From NCBI GenBank assembly GCA_964016885.1, contig OZ024751.1:50530001-50594000 (forward strand): a DNA stretch of 64,000 nucleotides, read 5' to 3'. Shown piece after piece: positions 55,419 to 64,000 of this stretch. The position numbers were made by a program, and so were the translations under genes. Each line of letters starts with the position of its first letter. Within the stretch, counting starts at the first letter, position 1. Source of the DNA: Eledone cirrhosa. Its lineage: Eukaryota. A model generated the notes under the pieces. It was not told the origin of the DNA. It saw only the letters and a list, made by a program, of their open reading frames with translations, and did not search any database.

Positions 55419-56799
55419 ATCATCATCATCATCATCGTTTAACGTCCATATTCCACGCTTGCATGGGTTTGGACGGGAGTTTTCCCACTTGAGGCAAGAG
55501 TGGTTGTCTTGCTCGCATAGGACTGTCTGGCTGGTTTTCTACGGCTGGATGCCCTTCCTAACACCAACCACATTTACAGTGTGGAACTGGGTGGTTTTTA
55601 CCGTGTTACCTACACGGCCACATTACAGCGTGGACTGTGTTTTTTTGTCGTGACACCTACACAACCTCATTTGTTTCGGGCTGGGTGTTGTGGTACCAAC
55701 ATAACTTTACATTGAAAGGGGTGGTGTGGATGGGGTGGGGGTAGTGGGACGGGGGTGTATTTGGTTAGAGGTGCCTACTGACTGTAGTAGGTTTCACTTT
55801 GTACTTAGGTAAGGCGGGTCTTCTCTATTACTGTGTAGCGCCAAAGATCTCGGTCCAGTGACATTGTGTTGGAGAGGTGTAAGTGTGTGAGGTCGGAATT
55901 TATCAAGTCGTCCCAGGTTTTTCTGGGTCTGTCTACTCCGTGGCTACCATCTATTTTTATTGCCCTGCACTTCTTTATACAGCTGTCGTCTTTCATGTGC
56001 ATCACGTGACCATACCAACATAGTCTTCTCTCGAGTAAACAACATCTGATCCCTCTTATTTCTAATTTTTCCCTTAGTTCATTTATGCTTTGCCGTTCAC
56101 GTATATTACTATTACACATCCAGTGGAGCATGCAAGCTTCGTTTCTCTCCAGTCTGCGTATATCCTCTGCACACAATGCCCAGGTCTCACTGCCATGTAA
56201 CATTGCTGTTCGTATGCAGGCATCATACAGCCTGCCTTTCATTTTTAGGGAGAACCCTTTAACGGTTAATAGTGATATAAGCTCTCTGAACTTTTTCCAT
56301 CCAGATCTGACTCTAGCTACTGTACTTTCAGAGCACCCTCCCCCACTGCTGATTTTATCACCCAGGTAACGGAAGCTGTCCACTATTTCTATAGAACCAT
56401 CTGTGCAATGGAATGAGCTAGTATTCTGTGGGCACTTGCTGCTACTTATTGCACCAGAGCACCGGCCACATATAAAATCTATGTTCTTAGTTAGCTTACC
56501 TGTGATCCCACTACATCTTTTATGCATCCATACTTTGCATTTGGGACATAAAATGGAGTTTCTACCTACTCCTTTCCTACACAGTCAGCATGGCCATTTC
56601 CCGGATGGGACCGGTGCCCTATTTTCCTTCCTACAAACTAGAACTTTAGTCTTAGACAGGTTAATTTTAAGGCCTTTTGATTCTAGGCCATGCTTCCATG
56701 TTTGGAATTTCTTCTCTAGTTCGGCCATTGATTCAGCTATGAGCGTTAGATCATCTGCGTATAGGAGTTCCCATGGGCAGCCGGTCTTGAACTCCACTG

Positions 56800-56803
<4 letters not shown>
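55419..56803 (-). mobile_element. 5'-truncated RTE LINE, same family as 46200-49676
   Basis: EFKTGCPWELLYADD...GKWPC*LC...HKRC...FRYLG...EKTRLT*; same 3' UTR and (GAT)n tail; one in-frame stop. Confidence 0.93.
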
Positions 56804-56849
<46 letters not shown>

Positions 56850-56862
56850 ATATATATATATT

Positions 56863-57042
56863 GTTTCTATTTTGGGAACAAGGCCAGCAATGACCCAGTG
56901 CATTACTGGTACTTTATTTTATCGACCCTGTAAGGATGAAAGGCAAAGTTAACCTCGGCGAAATTTGAACTCAGAATGGCAAGGGCCGTAACTCTATGCG
57001 TCAAAGCATGGCGTCCGACCCTCTACCGATACTGCCAATCCA
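56863..57042 (-). mobile_element. tRNA-derived SINE family B
   Basis: Homologous to 45605-45781. Confidence 0.82.
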
Positions 57043-57729
57043 CTATTGTATGTGTGTGTGTTTGAATATTTACATGTATATCTATCTATTTGTCTGACTG
57101 TATATTTCTCTGTATCTATATATCTAGCCAGCTATCTAATTATCTCTTCATCTAATCTACCTACCCTTTTCTCTCCCTCCCCTGCTCTTTTCCCCCTCCT
57201 CCACTTACATACCTCCTCCCCCTCCAGATTATGTTCCAATTGCTCCTTTAAATTCTATTTTCAGACCTGACCCATTTAAAAAGTCAATGTTGGAAACACC
57301 TTCCCTCCACACACACAACACATACCGTCTTACATCGCAGCACACATACAGATTCACACTCACACACACACACACACCTACCTACAGTGCACTCCATTAT
57401 ACTCAGGACTCACCACACACAGTACATACCACTCACCATACCACACTATACCATACACCATACAGTTATCGTAGATGGCAGTTGTCATACATGGCTGTGG
57501 TCATAGATATGTGATGGTTGCTGTTGTTTGTTATACATATGTGATGGAGACTGTTGGCTATGTCTTAGATAGAATGGGATGGAGTCTGTTGCCTATGTCA
57601 TAGATTGTCTAGGATGTGATGGAGGCTGTTGTCTATGTTATAGATAATCTAACATGTTCTCTTCCACATCCACTTCTTTCTAAAACTTATATTCTCATTA
57701 TTTTACTTACTGTTTCTATTGTTTTAGGC

Positions 57730-58440
57730 CAATGTTAGGCTTGATTAATCAAATGCCACACGTATAGACAAATATTTAACTGCCATACTAGCAAAATAGG
57801 CTATTCCTGTACAAAAAGTATTGAATTCCACATCACCAATAAATGCATGAGCTCCCCCACACCAAGAATGCAACATATCCCGCATGGTATATGAAGGAGA
57901 GGTCACCTTATCTTTACCAAACCAGCATTTTAAAGGCCGTTTGTTTAACCATGAAAACAACCTTTAGGCAATCAGGCAAGAGATATGCCATAAAATTTGC
58001 AAGCCATGTGTGAACCCTCAAAGATTGTGGCACTGATTTCTCCATTAAATATATAGATTCTTGACAGATCTTAGTCTTATGCAAACAGAAGAAACACTTG
58101 TAAGTTCTGCACATGATAAACCCTTCAATATGGAGAAACTCTAATCAACATCAAATAAGCCACACAAGGTGACCCTTTCCTAGCCAGTTCCTCATACCTG
58201 GTTCCTCACTTTCTCCTACAAATCTCTACCTTACCCTCGTGGATTTGTAAGCTTACAATAAAATCTTAGCATGACACAAATTATCTCCCTTTTCTCATTT
58301 AATTATTGCCCCTTTCTTTTGAACTCTTTTGTAAAAGAAGGATTAAACCAATGCCAGAGTTTATTTCAATATGGCCGAACTGATAAGCTGGGAAGACTTA
58401 GAACCTCCTTGCAAAACATGTGTTTTTGGATAATTTATTG
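57730..58440 (+). mobile_element. Degenerate Penelope-like (Neptune-type) GIY-YIG 3' remnant with hammerhead-like motif
   Basis: Broken frames MVYEGEV..FKGRLFNH / KTTFRQSGKRYAIKFASHV*TLKDCGTDFSIK / CKFC; downstream ctgataagc...gcaaaacatgtgt at 58380-58423. Confidence 0.6.
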
Positions 58441-59329
58441 TTGATGTGATAAAATATATATATGTAGATAAGTCTACCAAAATATACAGCAGTGTCCAAT
58501 CCATATATATATATATATCAGTTCCTGTATGAGCAAGGCATGGTCAGCCGACCAGACACTGCTCACAACAGGACAACCCGTCTAACCCATGCTAGCATGG
58601 AAGAACGGACGTAAAATATATATACATATATAAAATATATACACATGCATAATATATATATATGTTCATGTCACATTAGTCTTCAGTTAATGCACCTATT
58701 TACACACACACATACAGTTAATATTACACAGTATACCATAAATACTACAATGTTTCTTCTCTTTTGTGTGTGTATGTATATATATATATATATATTTATT
58801 TCATGTCACATGTCATGTTGGTGTTCAGTTGTTGCACTCATCTACACACACATACTTACACACACATACAGCTCAATAAATTACAGATTATATCTGAAAT
58901 ACTAGAGTTTTACTTGTCTATTTTTCTCTTCTCTTCATTCACTCCTGATATACAACCCAATACTTTGTCAGTTAATTAACAGCAATTTGATAGCCAATTA
59001 TTTTCTTGAGTGGCTTTACTGCAGTCCTAAATATTTCAACTTTTTTCAAAACTGATGCCCATATATAGTAATAATAATAAATTTGAAGACTAAAATCCAA
59101 AGAGGGCTCGATAAGGATAAATGTATATCAAATATTTCGTTTTTTTCTGTTCTTTGCCAGGGAACATTTCCACGAACCAAAGTATCGTCTTCCTGTCTTC
59201 CTTCGGTTGCAACGTTTTTCGAAATATTTTCTTCTGCGTTCACAGATTGATTTCTTTTAGTTTAAGAAGATCCCGTTAAGGCTGAAAGCAGCGATTCTTT
59301 GCTTAAACTTTAATCTGTTATTTTAATAA

Positions 59330-59360
<31 letters not shown>

Positions 59361-59497
59361 ATATATTATGGAAAGCATGGAAAAAAACTTAAGTATTATT
59401 TTTGTATTTATTACATATATTTTTAAATATCATTCTTCTGGTTAGGCTGCAGGTATGGCTGTTTGGTTAAGGAATCTTCCTTCGGAACGTTGTTCTT

Positions 59498-59702
59498 TTA
59501 ACCCTTTAGCATTCACATTACTCTATATATACTATTATATTTTCATGATAATTGCTTTATCTCACATAATATCGAATCTATGAGATTTTGAAAGTATTTA
59601 TTTTGAGAACAATACCTTAACATCAGTTTGAGTGACCAGTTACAGCCAGTTTCAACGGAAAAAGGTAGAGAATTCTGTCCGGTTTGAACATTAAAGGGTT
59701 AC
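59498..59702 (-). mobile_element. TTAA-flanked MITE, family A (reverse orientation)
   Basis: Reverse complement of the 42093-42305 body. Confidence 0.8.
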
Positions 59703-60311
59703 GTTTAATCCCTTTGTATAATAGCTTGGCCAAGTGTCTTCTCCTATAGTCTCAGGTCAACTAATGCTTTGATAGACTGACTGTGTTTGTGCGTGTAAAT
59801 ATGTATATGCATGTGTGCACATATGCATATACATATGCATGCATATGTGTGGTTGTATGTATCTATGTATATACATATATGCACATGTGTGGTTGTGTGT
59901 GTGTTAATGTATGTGTATTCATTTAATTGTGCATATTTAACAACCTGACTAAAAATGTGCTGGAGGGGTTATTATGAAACTTTTAAGTAGAATGAATTCA
60001 AGCATATACATTACAATATATGTACAAATGGACATGTAAATAAACACATACAAACATACACGTACACACACATAAACATACACACACATACTATACATGG
60101 ACTCATTGAAAATATGCATTTTTATTCTACACATGATATAATGAACACCTTTCCCAAAGTATTGGGTTGTACATCAGGAGTGAATGAAGAGAAGATAAGA
60201 GAAAAAGGTGACAAGTAAAACTCTAGTATTTGAGTATTTATAATCTGTAATTTATTGAGCTGTGTGTGTAAATGGGTGGGTGCAGAACACCAATGTGACA
60301 TGTGACATGAA

Positions 60312-60363
<52 letters not shown>

Positions 60364-60479
60364 CATCATTATCACCATGATATTAACACCATCATCATCC
60401 TCATAGTCATCAAACCCATCATAATCATCATTTCCTTCTTTACTAATTTGATTGCTTAGGTAGCAAAAGCTGTCAACAA

Positions 60480-61272
60480 CTTCTAGAAAGGTCCCTTGGC
60501 AGCTGAGAGAATCTATTTCATGTGTGCTCTTTGTGCTCGCTTCCCCTGTGCATCTGCCACGTATAAAGTTTATCTTTTGTGTTAGCCTACCTGCAATCCC
60601 ACTATATCTCTTGTGTCCATAATTTACATTGTGTACACCTTATGGAATTTCTGCTCACTCATTTCTGACAAGGCCACTTTCCTGATGATATCACCTTCCT
60701 GTCTTCTTTCCTACTTAGGACTTTCATCTTTGTTAAATTTACTTTTGGGCCTTTCAGCTTCTAATCATGCTTGAAATTTTGCTTCTAACTCTCCTACAGA
60801 TTCAGGTATGAGGACTAGGTTGTCAGCATATTGGAGCTCCCATGGAGTGTCAGTTTTAAACTCCTTAGTGATAAGCAGGAGTGAACTGAGGACTGATCCC
60901 TGGTGGACCCCACCTGCACTTCAAATTCATCACTGTACTCATTGCCAATTCTCACCCTGCTCGTTGTTCTATACACGGCCTACATGGCCTTCACAAGCCG
61001 TTTGTCTACACCAAGCTTCCTAAGTTTCTACCAGATTACAGAGCATTGGACCCTGTCAAAGGCCTTCAAAGGCCTTCTCTAGATCTACAAATACTAGATA
61101 CAGTGAATTAGTCTTAGCTAACCTGTAGTTTTCTCACTAGAATGAAGGCATCAGTAATACCCCCACCTGGCAAAAATCCAAGCTGCATCTCATCTAACTT
61201 GATTCTGTCCTTAATTAGTTGAGCTATAACCTTTTCAACAACTTTCCTGATCTGGTCCATCAACTTGATGCA
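60480..61272 (-). mobile_element. Older degenerate RTE LINE fragment (RT core)
   Basis: IKLMDQ..EKVIAQLIKDRIKLDEMQLGF, GVHQGSVLSSLL, PWELQYADN and GKWPC motifs, with frameshifts. Confidence 0.8.
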
Positions 61273-61303
61273 TCTCCCCCCCCCCCTCTCTCTCTCTCTC
61301 TCC

Positions 61304-61397
<94 letters not shown>

Positions 61398-61589
61398 GCA
61401 CACATACATACATACATACATACATGTGTGTGTGTGCACACATATGCATGCAACATTTACAGCATACAAAAGCTATTTGCATTCATAGGTAAAAACACGA
61501 TCTCCTGTGTTTCACCTCCCTCCCCTCCCCCATACACACATGTGCTCCGTTTCTGTGTTTATGTGAGTGGGGGTGGTCTGTACTTATAT

Positions 61590-62180
61590 ATTGGGATTTC
61601 TGTATGTATGTGGTGGGGTCTCTTTGTGTGTATGTGGGGGAATAGGTCTCTGTGTATGTGGTGGAGTCTCTCTGTGTGTATGTGGTGAGGTCTCTGTATA
61701 TGTATGTGGTGGGGTCTCTGTGTGTATGTGGTGGGGTCTCTCTGTGTGTATGTGGTGGGGTCTCTCTCTATGTATGTGGTGGGGGTCTCTCTGTGTATAT
61801 GGTGGGGGTCTCTCTGTGTACGTGGTGGGGTCTCTGTGTGTATGTCGTGGGGTCTATGTGTGTATGTGGTGGGGTCTCTCTGTGTATGTATGTGGTGGGG
61901 TCTCTGTGTGTATGTGGTGGGGTCTCTGTGTGTATGTATGTGAGGGAGTAGGTCTGTATGTATGTGGTGGGGTCTCTCTGTGTATGTATGTGGTGGGGTC
62001 TCTCTGTGTATGTGGTGGGGTCTCTCTGTGTGTATGTGGTGGGGTCTCTGTGTGTGTATGTGGGGGAGTAGGTCTGTGTATGTGGTGGGGTCGCTATGTG
62101 TATGTATGTGGGGGAGTAGGTCTGTGTATGTGGTGGGGTCTCTATGTGTATATATGTGGGTTTCTGTGTATGTGTGGTGG
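61590..62180. repeat. Degenerate ~22-28 bp GT-rich minisatellite
   Basis: tgtgtatgtggtggggtctctc repeated. Confidence 0.85.
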
Positions 62181-62463
62181 TTATAGACCTTTCCATAAAC
62201 AAATCTGTTGCCTTAGCCAACAGATGTCACTGGTTGTATTGGCAGTGTGTGTGTGTGAGGGGTAGATAGTAACTAGGGTGTGTTTTCCAAGGTAGAAAGG
62301 AGCCAGGTATAGGTGGGGGAGGAGGGGTGTGTTGATAAATAAATATGAACAGAGTTCAAGGAAAGCTGGAGATATGGTTTCTTTTCTTCTATTGTTTAAA
62401 ACCTGGTATCCTGTAAAGCAGCATACACATCATTACCATCTCTCTCTCCATCTCTCTCTCTCA

Positions 62464-62555
<92 letters not shown>

Positions 62556-62757
62556 TTCGAAGTCTGCTTTGTAAGTTTATAGTCTTGGGTTGTATCCCAC
62601 TATGTGGCACCTTCAGCAATTATCTTCTCTCATCATATAAACTTCGGCTGGCTAATGCCTGCTGAGTGAATTTTGTGTGAAAAACCATACCTTACTTTAA
62701 AAAAATAAACAAACGAGGTTTGATATCAGATAATGCATCATATCAAAACCATGCCAG

Positions 62758-63144
62758 TCATCATCATCATCGTTTTACGTCCGTTCTTCCACACTAGCAT
62801 GGGTTAGACGGGTTGTCCTGTTGTAGGCAATGCCAGGTCAGGTGACCATGTCATACGGGAACTGATTCTGGCCTTATTTCTACAGCTGGATGCCCTTCCT
62901 AACATTTATACCTCATTTACAGTGTAGGCTGGGTGCTTTTTTGCCATGGCACCTCCACCACCACTTTGCAGTGGAATGATAGGGACCCCTAGTCCTATGA
63001 TCTCAGTTCTACAGCTGAGTAAACTGGAGCAATGTGAAATAAAGTGTCTTGCTCAAGGAAACAACACATCACCCGGTCCGAGAATTGAACTCACAACATT
63101 TCGATTGCAAGCCCAATGCTCTACCCACTCAGCCATGTGCCTTC
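62758..63144 (-). mobile_element. SINE family A, full length
   Basis: Reverse-complement homolog of 45260-45595, with (CAT)n tail at left. Confidence 0.88.
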
Positions 63145-63464
63145 ATTTAATATTCATTTTCCTTGCTAGGAACGGTTGGACATGTTATCACAGAACCAAG
63201 TCAGTACTTGAGCAGATGAAGCAAGGGGACCATATCTCACATACATTCCTGCACTCTAGTCATCGCTGGATGCTCTTCCTAGCGCTAGCCACTTTACAGA
63301 GTGTACAAGCTGGATTTATTGTGTAGGTCAATACTTGAAGGGGTTAAGTTGACAAATGACATCCTTATCTAAGTACATCTAATATATGTAACCAAATCCC
63401 AAACAGTCCTTCTCCTCACAACCTATTACACAGTTTGTGTGTATATAGATATCTATAGTGTGTG

Positions 63465-63636
63465 TAAATGAGGTTGGTGTTAGGAAGGGCATCCAGCTGT
63501 AGAAATCAAGCCAAATCAGTTCCTGTATGAGCAAGGCATGGTCAGCCGATCAGACACTGCCCACAACAGGACAACCCGTCTAACCCATGCTAGCGTGGAA
63601 GAACGGACGTAAAACGGTGATGATGATGATGATGAT
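63465..63636 (+). mobile_element. SINE family A, 5'-truncated
   Basis: gtaaatgaggttggtgttaggaagggcatcc...ggacgtaaaacgg(tga)n. Confidence 0.85.
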
Positions 63637-63715
63637 GTGCGTTACAGCTCACACCTATGCAGGTTTAGCTGGCCTCCTCCAAGGTATATCTCATTGGAGT
63701 TGTCTTGAGTGATTC

Positions 63716-64000
63716 AATGATAGAGACCCCAGTCCTATCATCTCATTTCTACAGCTGGATGCCCTTCCTAATACCAACCTCATTTACAGTGTGGGCTGGG
63801 TGCTTTTTTTTTGCCGTGGCACCTCCACAACCACTTTGCAGTGGAATGATAGGGACCCCAGTCCTATCATCTCATTTCTACAGCTGAGTAAACTGGAGCA
63901 ACGTGAAATAAAGTGTCTTGCTCATGGAAATAACACATCACCCGGTCCGAGAATTGAACTCTCAACCTTTCGATTGCAAGCCCGATGCTCTAACCACTAA
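63716..64000 (-). mobile_element. SINE family A, rearranged, runs off the window
   Basis: Homologous to 62880-63130; a ~33-bp internal segment occurs twice (63725, 63855). Confidence 0.85.

Noticed and set aside
41460-64000. Third NDR kinase exon (expected ..KETEFLRLKR..GRGAFGEV)
   Set aside because: Not found by eye; candidate acceptors at ~49740 and ~57728 do not give this peptide. It probably lies beyond the window.

Overview
This is AT-rich, repeat-dense eukaryotic DNA. The SINE/RTE/Penelope landscape and long microsatellites suggest a coleoid cephalopod such as Octopus (inference). The only host-gene coding sequence I can support is two + strand exons of an NDR-family kinase (tricornered/STK38-like) at 29111-29235 and 41408-41459; I found no further exon, so most of the window is intron or upstream sequence. 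Retroelements: a near-full-length RTE-clade LINE (APE-RT) with an internal deletion, an inverted 5'-truncated sister copy, older RTE, CRE-like, R4-like and Gypsy remnants, several Penelope-like element (PLE) pieces with hammerhead-like motifs, and two tRNA-derived SINE families. DNA transposons: an internally deleted DD37D (maT) element and six TTAA-flanked MITEs. Tandem arrays: several with 43-54 bp units, including a 7.4 kb two-part satellite inside the kinase intron. Most interesting: a PHD-type zinc finger inside the RTE reverse transcriptase; the 43/51-bp satellite pair sharing a hairpin stem; a candidate recursive splice site; a PLE with ~430 bp inverted termini and an atypical hammerhead core; a twin-priming-type inverted LINE; and intronic inverted repeats that could form dsRNA. 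No CRISPR, rRNA or true tRNA genes. Most ORFs in the supplied track are repeat artefacts. Repeat coordinates are approximate and everything was read by eye.
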